From contig CAWIPH010000001.1 of the NCBI GenBank assembly GCA_963837955.1, positions 516,357 to 580,356 of the forward strand: DNA of 64,000 nt, in the 5' to 3' direction. Below are positions 10,502 to 20,016 of the stretch, in pieces (position 1 is the stretch's first letter; every line of letters begins with the position of its first letter). Below the pieces are notes generated by a model. The model was given only the letters and a program-made list of their open reading frames with translations, did no database searches and had not been told where the DNA came from. A program made the translations under genes and the position numbers. This DNA comes from an uncultured Verrucomicrobiae bacterium (GTDB lineage Bacteria > Verrucomicrobiota > Verrucomicrobiia > Chthoniobacterales > JAFAMB01).

Positions 10502-11446
10502 ATGAGCAGCGCAAACCCGGACAAGCTCACACCAATCCATCCTGATCTGCCGCTGGAACATCTGGACGTGGTCTGGTTTCAGATCGCCGGCACTCTTTGC
10601 AATCTTCGCTGCAATCATTGCTTCATCTCCTGTTCGCCGGAGAATGACAATCTCACGATGATGTCGCACGCAGAATTCCTGCCTTATCTGCGGGAAGCGG
10701 AACGTCTAGGAGTGAAAGAATTCTATTTTACGGGCGGCGAACCGTTCATTAATCCGGAAATCCTGACCATTCTGGCCGACACCCTGGCGATTGGGCCCGC
10801 TACTGTTTTGACCAACGCAACCCGGTTTACCGATTTGAATGTCTCGGCCCTGGCTCTGCTCCGGGATAGGTCTTTGTATTCGCTTGAGCTTAGGGTGAGC
10901 CTCGATGGGTTCTCTCCGGAAACGAACGATCCAATCCGTGGACCTGGAACTTTCAAGCGTATCATGCGCGGGATTAAGATCCTGCTGGAATGCGGCTTTC
11001 TGCCGATCATTACGGCGATGCGGAGTTGGGATCTGGAGGAAGACGAGGAACGATTGTCTGAGTTCAAGAGCTCGCTCGCGGCTCTAGGTTACAGGCATCC
11101 GCGAATTAAGCTGCTGCCCTCTTTGAAGATCGGCCAAGAGGCTTTGCGCGATCGCGGTTATCGGCCGACCGAGTACGTCACTGCGGCAATGATGGATGGC
11201 TATGATGCAAGCCAGCTGTTGTGTCACAGCAGCCGGATAGTCAGTGTTCGCGGGGTACATGTCTGCCCCATTCTCGTCGATCAGCCCGATTCACTGCTCG
11301 GGTCAACGCTCAGTGAAGGGCAAAGCCCCTACCGGTTGCAACATCAAGCATGTCTAACTTGCTATCAATATGGCGCGCTCTGCTCGAACGCCTCCGGATC
11401 AACCAGTCTGGAGAAGACAAGGCTATCGCGGCACCTGTCGAAATGA
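10502..11446 (+). CDS. Radical SAM protein with Cys-rich C-terminus
   Basis: CNLRCNHC (CxxxCxxC), TGGEPF, C-terminal C..CPIL..HQACLTC..C. Confidence 0.92.
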   Translation: MSSANPDKLTPIHPDLPLEHLDVVWFQIAGTLCNLRCNHCFISCSPENDNLTMMSHAEFLPYLREAERLGVKEFYFTGGEPFINPEILTILADTLAIGPATVLTNATRFTDLNVSALALLRDRSLYSLELRVSLDGFSPETNDPIRGPGTFKRIMRGIKILLECGFLPIITAMRSWDLEEDEERLSEFKSSLAALGYRHPRIKLLPSLKIGQEALRDRGYRPTEYVTAAMMDGYDASQLLCHSSRIVSVRGVHVCPILVDQPDSLLGSTLSEGQSPYRLQHQACLTCYQYGALCSNASGSTSLEKTRLSRHLSK

Positions 11447-11449
11447 CGC

Positions 11450-12256
11450 GTGGAATCAACCGTGAACGAATCGAAAACGATCGGGATCTTTGGCGGTGTT
11501 TACAGCAATTACCTTGCGTTGCAGTCATTGCTTCAAGATGCTCCTGGCCGGGGTATAAAAGAACTATACTGCTTAGGTGATCTCGGTGCCTTTGGGCCTC
11601 ATCCGGATAGGGTCTGTCGAATTCTTCGCCAGGCAATAATTCCCACCGTTCAGGGCAATTACGACCACTCGGTAGGAAATGGTCTAGATGACTGCCAATG
11701 CGGATACACCGATCCGCGGGACAATTATTTCGCGAAGCTCTCCTACGATTATACGTTCGCTAAAACCAGCGTCGAAAATAAGAGCTGGCTCCGAACGCTG
11801 CCCACTCGAATGCGGATCCAACTCGGCTCCCTTCGCGTTTTGATCTGCCATGGGTCGCCGCGGAAAACAAACGAGTTTCTTTGGGAGACGACCACGTCGG
11901 ATGCGTTCCTGAATTGGCTTTTCGAGATTTATCAGGCAGACGTCATCGTGGCAACGCACACGGGTCTCGCCTGGCACCGTCAACCATCTCCTGGGCGCCA
12001 TTTTATCAATTGCGGGGCGATTGGCCGGCCTGGCAATGACGGGAGAACGACGGTGGTGTATGCATCCATTCGGCTCGGCGTGGACCAATCACTCGATGTC
12101 GAATTCATCGACTTGAATTATGACCACGAGCGGCTTGCTGCCGAGATGCGAGCTGAGCAGTTACCAGAGGAATTCGTCGAAACGATCCTGACCGGTTGGT
12201 GGACGACCTGCAACGAAGTCCTGCCGGGCAAAGAGCGAGCGCGCGGAAAGTACTAA
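11450..12256 (+). CDS. Metallophosphoesterase family protein (atypical GGxYSN first motif, CxC)
   Basis: GGVYSN, CLGDL, GNYD, DCQCGY, CHGSP, THTG, NCGAIG. Confidence 0.85.
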   Translation: MESTVNESKTIGIFGGVYSNYLALQSLLQDAPGRGIKELYCLGDLGAFGPHPDRVCRILRQAIIPTVQGNYDHSVGNGLDDCQCGYTDPRDNYFAKLSYDYTFAKTSVENKSWLRTLPTRMRIQLGSLRVLICHGSPRKTNEFLWETTTSDAFLNWLFEIYQADVIVATHTGLAWHRQPSPGRHFINCGAIGRPGNDGRTTVVYASIRLGVDQSLDVEFIDLNYDHERLAAEMRAEQLPEEFVETILTGWWTTCNEVLPGKERARGKY

Positions 12257-12334
12257 TACGTCGTGCTTGCGAGGGGATGCACTAGCCACATTTTGATGTC
12301 CTCCTGTGGGGATTCAGTGTAGCGTTTTTCTGTC

Positions 12335-12868
12335 GTGAAAACTCACCAATCAGATCACGAAACCCGATCGATTGAAGTGGAGGTCTTGCCGCCGGAGGGC
12401 AAAGCCGACAAGCACGACGAGACGGATCCGCTACTTGGGCTTGTAACCAAGGTTATGGATACGATCTTCCGGGTTCCTGGGACTAAGTTCCGATTTGGGG
12501 TTAACCCTTTGATCGGCTTCATCCCAGTGATCGGTGATCAGATCGACGCGGCAATTTCAACCGCCGTCCTGTTCCGGAGTGTGCGGCATCGTTTACCGAA
12601 AATCGTGCTCGCTCGCATGGCATTAAATGTTCTTGTTAACGCCTTATTTCAGGGGATTCCGGTGGTGGGCGATCTGTTCACTTTTTTCTTCAAAGCGAAT
12701 CGGCTGAACTACCAGTTATTGGAGAAGCATGCCGGCACAGGAAAGCCAGTAACCCGCGGCGATTGGATCTTCGTGGGGGCGATGATCGGCGCAACCTTTT
12801 TCATTGCAATCTCGTTATCGGTTTTGCTGATCTACCTGGTCTGGTTCAGGGACCCGCGCTGGTGGTAG
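12335..12868 (+). CDS. DUF4112-like membrane protein
   Basis: MDxxFRVPGTxFRFG..IGFIPVIGD..IPVVGDLF..FKAN. Confidence 0.8.
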   Translation: MKTHQSDHETRSIEVEVLPPEGKADKHDETDPLLGLVTKVMDTIFRVPGTKFRFGVNPLIGFIPVIGDQIDAAISTAVLFRSVRHRLPKIVLARMALNVLVNALFQGIPVVGDLFTFFFKANRLNYQLLEKHAGTGKPVTRGDWIFVGAMIGATFFIAISLSVLLIYLVWFRDPRWW

Positions 12869-12924
12869 CAGGGTCTGATGTTTCGGGAATGGTGCAAGGC
12901 CAAATAGGCGGGGAGCTGGACCAT

Positions 12925-13012
12925 TTCAGCCGTCCTTTGGGACCCATTTGTCTTTTGTTACACTAACCAGCGCCCAAGCACAGGCCTACTTTCACGCTAT
13001 CCCTCCAGGGCG
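12925..13012. repeat. Degenerate half-copy of REPIN-like family B
   Basis: CTACTTTCA..TCCCTCC(A)GGG and CGTCC..GGGAC resemble the right arm at 34005-34092. Confidence 0.45.
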
Positions 13013-13264
13013 GATTCCTTGAATGTAAGTTTTTACATCCGGTCACCGGAGTTCACTGGACTGATTCGATGTGAGCGTATTTACTGGTGACGCTCGCTCT
13101 CCCAATGTGCGGGTGGCGGCACCATCTACCCCCCAAATTATGAACGCGGCATGGGTGTGTAGCAGTTGACCGGGCTCAGCAGACAAGATCGGGTTAAAAA
13201 GAGTCATCTGCTGTCTCCTGCTTCTTGCCCGATCCGTTCATAGCTGGCAGGGTAAATCGCATTA

Positions 13265-14869
13265 ATGTCTATGAATACTGTCTATCTCGTCGCGAATGGC
13301 GATTTACGTCTGGCCGCGAATCAAATGTGTGAGCCGGCGCAAGCAGCGATGGAGAAAGCTCTCGTCGCCGCGATCCAGAAGGAGGAATTTTTCGTAAAAC
13401 GAGCCCATCCGTTCGACGAGAAGAAGGGCCATGGCTTCATCGATAGTCAGAAATTGGGAATCCAAATATTTCATTCCATCCCCAAAGACGCGCCGGTAAT
13501 TGTTGCCGAATCGGTGTGGCAATACAGCCAACATATTCTCCCAGGCCTATTTGCTCACGAAGGGCCGATTCTTACTGTTGCGAACTGGAGCGGTACTTGG
13601 CCCGGTTTGGTCGGATTACTCAATCTCAACGGTGGTCTAAAAAAGGCGGGAGTTAAATTCAGTAGTCTTTGGAGCGAAGACTTCAAAGACAAGTTCTTCG
13701 TAAAGAAGCTCCGGCAGTGGCTAACGAGTGACAAGGTCAATCATGACTCCTCCCATGTGATGAAATTCAAGGAGGTCAAGATTCCCGGTGAACCACGCAG
13801 GTTGGGAGAAAAATTTGCCGGCAAATTCCGGGAGCACCAATGGATCCTCGGCGTGTTCGATGAAGGCTGCATGGGAATGTATAATGCGATCATTCCAGAC
13901 GAATTGCTGAGCCCTCTCGGAGTCTACAAGGAGCGGCTCAGCCAATCGACGTTGTATGCCCGGATGCTGGCCACATCAGACCAAGAGGCCCGACAAGTCT
14001 TTGACTGGCTAAAAAATCGAGGAATGAACTTCTGTTTAGGAAGCAACGAAGAGAGCGATCTCACCGAAAAACAGGTTTTACAGCAATGCAAGATGTACTT
14101 GGCTGCAGTTCGCATCGCGCATGAGTTTGGTTGCGCGACCATCGGGATCCAGTACCAGCAGGGACTCAAGGACCTGGCGCCCGCTTCCGATCTGGTGGAA
14201 GGCATTCTGAACAACACCGAGCGTCCCCCGGTTTATGATGAGGGCACGGGTGAAGAACTCTATCCTAGCCAGGCGCTGCCGCACTTTAATGAGGTCGATG
14301 AGTGTGCAGGCTTAGACGCATTGATCACAAATCGCATTTGGCAAGAGCTCGGTCTTCCACCGGAAACAACGTTGCATGACTTGAGGTGGGGCCGCCAGTA
14401 CCAGGACGATAATCTCGATGCGTATGTCTGGGTTTTCTTGATCAGCGGCGGGGCACCTCCGGCCCACTTCGTCGGCGGCTATAGTGGCGCTTCGAGTGAG
14501 CGACAGCCTCCAATGTATTTCCGGTTGGGTGGGGGGACTTGCAAAGGCGTCAGCAAACCAGGCTGGGTCGTTTGGAGCCGAGTATTCGTCGACCGGAATG
14601 ATCTCTGCTTCGATACCGGCCTAGCCGAGGTGGTGGCGCTTCCCGAAAAAGAGACAGCGGAACGCTGGCGATTAACGACTCCGCAGTGGCCGATCATGCA
14701 TGCGGTTCTGCAGGGGATCACGCGTGATCAGATGATGGCGCGGCATGCTTCCAATCATATTCAAGTGGCATATGCCCCAGATAAGTCCAAAGCACGGACG
14801 GCGATGTTCGCAAAAGCGACAGCGATGGCCGAGTTGGGATTGAAAGTCTACTTTTGCGGAGACATTTAG
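13265..14869 (+). CDS. L-fucose/L-arabinose isomerase-like protein
   Basis: ANWSGTWPGLVG, DEGCMGM, NEVDEC, SNHIQVAY pattern of the fucose-isomerase-like family. Confidence 0.75.
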   Translation: MSMNTVYLVANGDLRLAANQMCEPAQAAMEKALVAAIQKEEFFVKRAHPFDEKKGHGFIDSQKLGIQIFHSIPKDAPVIVAESVWQYSQHILPGLFAHEGPILTVANWSGTWPGLVGLLNLNGGLKKAGVKFSSLWSEDFKDKFFVKKLRQWLTSDKVNHDSSHVMKFKEVKIPGEPRRLGEKFAGKFREHQWILGVFDEGCMGMYNAIIPDELLSPLGVYKERLSQSTLYARMLATSDQEARQVFDWLKNRGMNFCLGSNEESDLTEKQVLQQCKMYLAAVRIAHEFGCATIGIQYQQGLKDLAPASDLVEGILNNTERPPVYDEGTGEELYPSQALPHFNEVDECAGLDALITNRIWQELGLPPETTLHDLRWGRQYQDDNLDAYVWVFLISGGAPPAHFVGGYSGASSERQPPMYFRLGGGTCKGVSKPGWVVWSRVFVDRNDLCFDTGLAEVVALPEKETAERWRLTTPQWPIMHAVLQGITRDQMMARHASNHIQVAYAPDKSKARTAMFAKATAMAELGLKVYFCGDI

Positions 14870-14907
14870 CCTTGACCAAGATTTCTTTGCGCGCGGCTAC
14901 TCGCCTG

Positions 14908-15672
14908 ATGAACACCGAACAATCAAACATCGTCACGGATTTGCTGACCCTCTCGCACGAATTTGGGCATCGCGGGTTAGTGATTCTCGGTGAAGGGAAT
15001 ACGTCAGCACGATTGAACGATGCCACCTTCCTGGTGAAGGCCAGCGGAAGCAGCCTGGGGACGTTAACCGAGGACCAACTGACGGAGTGCCATTTTAATC
15101 AGCTGCTCTCCTTTCTCGATAGCGATTCCGTTTCTGATGCCGATGCCGAAGTCGAAACAGCACTCCTCGAGAGTCGAGTTGATCCTTCGGCTTTGAAGCC
15201 GTCCGTAGAGACCTTTTTCCACGCGCTTCTCCTCTCTTTGCCAGGCGTTGATTTTGTCGGTCATACGCATCCTATCGCGGTGAACCAGATTCTTTGCTCA
15301 TCCCATGCCAGAGCGTTTACCCGTTGGCGACAATGCCCGGACGAAGTGGTCTGCTGCGGACCGATCTCACTATTGATTCCGTACGTGGATCCAGGTTTGG
15401 CGTTAGCCAGAAAAATCCGCGATGAACTGAGAGGGTTCCGCGAACGGAACGGCAAACTCCCGCGAGTCATTCTCTTGCAAAACCATGGCGTCATCACTTT
15501 AGGAGCGAATGTTCATGCGGTGCGCGCCGCGATGTTGATGACAGTCAAGGCGGCCGAAATTTATCTAGGCGCTCAAGTATTAGGTGGAATCATTCATCTC
15601 CCCGACGCGGAAGTGGATCGGATTGAAAGTCGTCAAGACGAGGAGTACCGGCGCAAGATGTTACGGATTTGA
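14908..15672 (+). CDS. Class II aldolase/adducin family protein
   Basis: GEGNTS, KASG, PSVET..H, HTH, LQNHG. Confidence 0.88.
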   Translation: MNTEQSNIVTDLLTLSHEFGHRGLVILGEGNTSARLNDATFLVKASGSSLGTLTEDQLTECHFNQLLSFLDSDSVSDADAEVETALLESRVDPSALKPSVETFFHALLLSLPGVDFVGHTHPIAVNQILCSSHARAFTRWRQCPDEVVCCGPISLLIPYVDPGLALARKIRDELRGFRERNGKLPRVILLQNHGVITLGANVHAVRAAMLMTVKAAEIYLGAQVLGGIIHLPDAEVDRIESRQDEEYRRKMLRI

Positions 15673-15749
15673 AATGGTAGAGGCTACTGCCACTACGGAT
15701 GTTGACGACCGAATTGCAGCGCGACGCTACCATGGGCGTCAACATGAGG

Positions 15750-15861
15750 TGGACGTCTGGTTCTCTGCCCCGGAGGGGAGGGCGCACGTCCTCGTGCGCC
15801 GCGGATCGCGAGGACGCGATCCCTCCCGCCCGGGGTTTTAACCCCGGTTTTAACCCCGGGA
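15750..15861. repeat. Nested REP-like palindromic element, family A, copy 2
   Basis: Inverted copy of 892-1056 lacking a ~60-bp inner hairpin; CCCGGGGTTTTAACCCCGG with duplicated GGTTTTAACCCC. Confidence 0.8.
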
Positions 15862-15906
15862 GGCCCGGTAACGGGAGCAAGAGCCGCTCATTGTGATTGT
15901 GGCAGA

Positions 15907-16893
15907 TCAGGAGCTGCTACTCTGTGCCAAAAAAGACTCGACCTCTTCTCGGCTGGGGTTCGCTTCGGCCGCGCCATACCGAGTCGCTACGATAGCGGCC
16001 GCCGCGTTGGCGAATCGAGCGATCGGTTCGAGTTGGGCGGGAGTTAAGCCGGCGATTTCTTTCGGTGTTCGGCCGGCTAGCTTTGCCAGCATAGCAGCCA
16101 TGAAGCTATCTCCGCATCCAGTGGTTTCTACCACTTTCACCGAAAAGCCGGGAACGGTGACCAGACGTTCGCTGTCCCGATAAATCTCGGCTCCCTGACT
16201 TCCTAGTGTAATGATGACCAGGGCACCAGCGGAGACTCGGAGCGCCCGAACCGCCCGACCGGTTTCGTTTATGCCGGTAAGGTAGGAAAGCTCTTCGTCA
16301 CTCAATTTCAAGACGTTGACCTTTTCAGCCAGGCGCCGGATCCGGTTCAGATATGTTTCCTCGTCCGCAATCAACGATTTTCGAATGGTTGGATCCAGCG
16401 AGACCGGGACACCCAACTCCATAAAACGGTCGACAATGGAGCTATAGGCCGAGGCGGTCGGCTCCTCCGCTAGCACGATTCCGCCGCAGTGGTACAAAGA
16501 GAATTTTCGGGGATCGAACGGCTTAAGTTCTGCGGTCTGCAGGGAGACGTCCGCAGCGTGGTCGCGATAAAAACGAAAATCGACTTTACCGGCACCGTCC
16601 ACGGCCACGAAGGCTAGAGTTGTCTTGGTTCCGGGCTCACGAACGACTAAGTCAACTTCGATCTGCTCGTTTCTCAGAAATTGAACGAGCGCTTCCCCGA
16701 ATTGGTCGTCTCCAAATTTTCCGACAAATGCGACCGGAGTACCTAGTCGCCGCACTCCGACTGCGATGTTGAACGGTGAACCGCCAGCTCGCTTCTCGAA
16801 AGTCTTGGTGCCGCCTAGCCCCAGGCCGGGATCCGCGGAAATCAGATCGTAGAGAGCCTCGCCGCCGACCAAAACAGGAGATACGTTATGCAT
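15907..16893 (-). CDS. PfkB family carbohydrate kinase (fructokinase-like)
   Basis: GGSPFNIAVG, GDDQFG, ETTGCGDSF; start set at MHNVS. Confidence 0.92.
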   Translation of the reverse strand: MHNVSPVLVGGEALYDLISADPGLGLGGTKTFEKRAGGSPFNIAVGVRRLGTPVAFVGKFGDDQFGEALVQFLRNEQIEVDLVVREPGTKTTLAFVAVDGAGKVDFRFYRDHAADVSLQTAELKPFDPRKFSLYHCGGIVLAEEPTASAYSSIVDRFMELGVPVSLDPTIRKSLIADEETYLNRIRRLAEKVNVLKLSDEELSYLTGINETGRAVRALRVSAGALVIITLGSQGAEIYRDSERLVTVPGFSVKVVETTGCGDSFMAAMLAKLAGRTPKEIAGLTPAQLEPIARFANAAAAIVATRYGAAEANPSREEVESFLAQSSSS

Positions 16894-16976
16894 AGGAACG
16901 GGACTCAAAGATGTACTGGCTCGAAGGCGTTGGGAAGGCGAAAGTATAACGGACAATACTCGAAAGGACGCTAAAG

Positions 16977-17441
16977 ATGTTAATGAGACTGTTGCTCTGC
17001 TTGGGTTGTATTTTCGTTGCTTCGGGGATGGCTGAGACGATCGATCAACGCAATTTTTCCATCGACACCTTCTATCCGAGTCGGAACGAAATCCAGGTTG
17101 CTGAAAAGCATGTCCGGAATTATTGGGCAAAAAACAAAACGAGGTACGAAGCCAACACCCGTTACCTGGCAGTCGAGGCAGCTGCGGTTTTTCCCGCCGA
17201 GGTTGCCGACTGTTTATGGTTGAAGCTCATTAACTCAGAAACCGCGAACAGTTTCTTTGGTCACGGTGACAGGTTTACCTACTCCAACCTCGACCTGACC
17301 GGCATTCTGATTTACGACACGCTGAATGACCGATTCGTTAGCAGGCTAGGATTCGTGTCTGTCGATCTACCGCGGAGAAACCACTTGGCCCGATGGGGCA
17401 ACTATATCGCCCGATATATCGGAACCGGGCGGTGGTGCTGA
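16977..17441 (+). CDS. Hypothetical secreted protein
   Basis: 154-aa ORF with N-terminal signal-like sequence. Confidence 0.6.
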   Translation: MLMRLLLCLGCIFVASGMAETIDQRNFSIDTFYPSRNEIQVAEKHVRNYWAKNKTRYEANTRYLAVEAAAVFPAEVADCLWLKLINSETANSFFGHGDRFTYSNLDLTGILIYDTLNDRFVSRLGFVSVDLPRRNHLARWGNYIARYIGTGRWC

Positions 17442-17444
17442 GTA

Positions 17445-17474
17445 AATAGCCGATAGCCGATAGCAAATAGCCGA
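17445..17474 (+). repeat. Left arm of 30-bp perfect inverted repeat (heptamer units)
   Basis: AATAGCCGATAGCCGATAGCAAATAGCCGA, exact reverse complement of 18034-18063. Confidence 0.95.
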
Positions 17475-17484
17475 TCGCGGGACT

Positions 17485-18005
17485 CTATTGGCTTGCCCTG
17501 GTAAAGTCCCGGAACGCCTCTTTCTTAAACCTTTGTGCTTCGGGCTGGCGAGTGTCCTGGACGCCTTCTTTGGCCCTGTGTCGTTTTCCTTTAACGGGCG
17601 ACTTCTCAATTGAACTTATCCAAGCCGTGATCTGCGGGCGCAGGATTCCCCCATGTGCCGAATGACGAGCAATTGATCCCTAAAATCCACTAGATTGGGA
17701 CGGTCCCGAACTACACCCATCATTGAACGGACTTTGCCTGCTGAGGCGCGGGCTATTGCCAAGAACCCAATTAGTTCTTTGGTAGACATCCATTCAAATC
17801 CCTCCGCGACGTTGTTGGAAATCGATAGGGCCGCTCGATCCAATTGGTTACGAAATCCCCAAGTGAACGGAGAGTCCGGTTCCTCCAGCAGATCCAGGAC
17901 GGCGTTGTACAATCGAGCCGCTTCTTGCCAAACCGGCAGTTCTTCAAATCGTGTATATTTAGATATACGAACATTCTTATAGAATGTTATAATCAATTGT
18001 TGCAA
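17485..18005 (-). pseudogene. Four-helix-bundle protein (TIGR02436 / 23S IVS-protein-like), frameshifted
   Basis: RFEELPVWQEA..QLDRAALSISNNVAEGFE..FLAIARASAG; restoring one base near 17633 gives ARQITAWISSIEKSPVKGKRH with stop at 17485; probable former start now ATA at 17966. Confidence 0.8.
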
Positions 18006-18033
18006 CTGAAAATTCAGCGTTTGCCACTGCTGT

Positions 18034-18063
18034 TCGGCTATTTGCTATCGGCTATCGGCTATT
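18034..18063 (-). repeat. Right arm of 30-bp perfect inverted repeat
   Basis: TCGGCTATTTGCTATCGGCTATCGGCTATT. Confidence 0.95.
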
Positions 18064-18065
18064 CC

Positions 18066-18827
18066 TCAGGAGGCAACGTATGCGCGACGACTCGAGTAAA
18101 GTTGAAGGCGACTCTTCATTCCGGGCAGCTGGATCGCCCGATCTTTTGGACCCAGAGCGTCAATGGCTCTTTGCTGGAATTTGACCGCTTGCGAGAAATC
18201 GCCGGCAGCCGCATACGCTGCGGCCAGGGTATCAATTGAAAAGGCGTTGCTCCAATTGGTCAAGGTGCACGATTTTTGGGCGAACATCACCGCCCGTCTT
18301 CCATTTCGCAGACGTCCATTTGGAGAGGTTGCTAACAGCCAGGCAAGATCATTCAATGTAGTTGGATCACTTGGCTGGAGACGATTTGCCGCCTCCAGCG
18401 AGCGCTTGGCGTCATCATAACGACCAATGTCAAGGCAAGTGCGCGACTTGCTTGCGTACATTTGTGCCAGCAACTCAGACGAAACTCTGGCCTTTTTCGC
18501 TAAATCGATGCTTATATCGATCTGCTGTACGGCATCATTCTGCCGCCTGACCAAGATCAAAACAGCCGCCTTCAAAAAATAGGCGCGCCAGTTTCGAGGG
18601 TTTGCCGCGATCACCGAATCGATTTGGGCTAAAGCTTCAGAAGATTTCCCCGACTCAGCCAATTTAAAAGCCTCATCGAGCTGCGCCTGACCGATAGTCA
18701 TCCGCTGCTGCCAGATTGACCCCCATCCCTTCGCCTCCTGGGCGGGCAGGATTGGCACCGCTCCAAGGTAAAGGGCGATTACCAGAAAAAGGAACAATAC
18801 AAATTTAGCGGATCGTGGTTTCTTCAT
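18066..18827 (-). CDS. Secreted TPR-repeat protein
   Basis: Signal peptide; TPR-like helices; NDLAWLLATSP..DTLAAAYAAAGDFSQAV. Confidence 0.85.
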   Translation of the reverse strand: MKKPRSAKFVLFLFLVIALYLGAVPILPAQEAKGWGSIWQQRMTIGQAQLDEAFKLAESGKSSEALAQIDSVIAANPRNWRAYFLKAAVLILVRRQNDAVQQIDISIDLAKKARVSSELLAQMYASKSRTCLDIGRYDDAKRSLEAANRLQPSDPTTLNDLAWLLATSPNGRLRNGRRAVMFAQKSCTLTNWSNAFSIDTLAAAYAAAGDFSQAVKFQQRAIDALGPKDRAIQLPGMKSRLQLYSSRRAYVAS

Positions 18828-18843
18828 TACATCGAAACTGAAC

Positions 18844-19782
18844 ATGCAGCGATTCTGTGATTTTAAGCGTAAGGCCCTTTACTGGGCAACCTCCTTGCTG
18901 GGATTAACTTTGGTCTGCGGTCAAGCAAGCGAAGTTCCTACTGGGGTTTCTCTAAGCCGAACTACCGGTAATCATCTATTTGTTCCGGTCCGCATCAATC
19001 ATCGTGCCGCTTGGTTCGCGGTGGATACCGGCGCTGCGTTAACCATCGTGGATGCTAATAAGGCCAATGCTTTTGGTGTATCCAGTCAGGGTAAAGTCGT
19101 CCAACTGCCAAGGCAAATCGAGGTAAATGACCGAGTGGTGCCAGTGGCCAACGTTGCGAACCTCCAGCTTGGCAACGAAGATCTGGGGGCGGGCCCGGTC
19201 GCGCTGATCGATCTTCGCGCTTTCGCGGCGCGGTTCCGCGAGTCGGGAAATAAGGTCCCAATGGACGGGATTCTTGGGCTCGACATTTTGGAACGGTATC
19301 GCGCAGTCATCGATTGCGCACAACGCCGAATATATCTGCAGAGCGCAAGTGCAAACTCCGGTGACTTGCTCCGGCGGCTAACTGCTAATCGATTACATCG
19401 GGTTCCGATGCGGATCACCAGCTCTGGCGCGTTGGAAGTCGAAGGGCGCATTGGGAATCGCCACTACAGTTTTGTCGTGGATACCGGCGGATTTGCCACC
19501 CTGATTCCGAGAAACGTGGCGGCTGAGAGCGGAATTACTTTGGTAGCTACAACCGCAAACGCGAAAGGAATTCACTCCAAAGAGCGACCAGTTTCGGTCG
19601 CCATTGCTCCCGAGCTGGATATCGGCAAGTACAACCTTGGGTCGGTCGTCGTGGGCGTAACAGTGTTGCCAGAGGGACCAGAGGATCTGACCTATCCCTT
19701 CGGTGGATTGCTCGGTGCCGACTTTTTCTTCGAACGGAATGGCGTGATCGACGTTGGGAATCGAAATCTCTATTTCCGATGA
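18844..19782 (+). CDS. Secreted retropepsin-like aspartic protease with two tandem domains
   Basis: FAVDTGA..GILGLD and FVVDTGG..GLLGAD. Confidence 0.88.
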   Translation: MQRFCDFKRKALYWATSLLGLTLVCGQASEVPTGVSLSRTTGNHLFVPVRINHRAAWFAVDTGAALTIVDANKANAFGVSSQGKVVQLPRQIEVNDRVVPVANVANLQLGNEDLGAGPVALIDLRAFAARFRESGNKVPMDGILGLDILERYRAVIDCAQRRIYLQSASANSGDLLRRLTANRLHRVPMRITSSGALEVEGRIGNRHYSFVVDTGGFATLIPRNVAAESGITLVATTANAKGIHSKERPVSVAIAPELDIGKYNLGSVVVGVTVLPEGPEDLTYPFGGLLGADFFFERNGVIDVGNRNLYFR

Positions 19783-19937
19783 AGAACCGCGAATGGTCTT
19801 CTTTCGTTCCGCCTCCGCTTCGCGATTGGCGCGACTAATTAGAACTGCGGACGCGCCGCTCGAAGGCGAAGGTGGTCTAGGAGCTAGGCGGGACAGGCTG
19901 GTAAGGGACGAGAATGAATCTGAATGCAGAGTAGAAA

Positions 19938-19982
19938 GCAAAAAACCCGCAGCCAAAAAGCCGCGGGTCTTTGATTTTTTTC
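19938..19982 (-). terminator. Intrinsic terminator for the small minus-strand gene
   Basis: Minus strand ACCCGCGGC-TTTTTG-GCTGCGGGT followed by a T-run. Confidence 0.75.
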
Positions 19983-20016
19983 CCAGTGATCTCGTAAAGA
20001 CCCTGCAGAAGGACAA

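Noticed and set aside
17485..18005. Diversity-generating retroelement (Avd-like gene)
   Set aside because: No reverse transcriptase and no template/variable repeat pair with adenine-specific differences seen.
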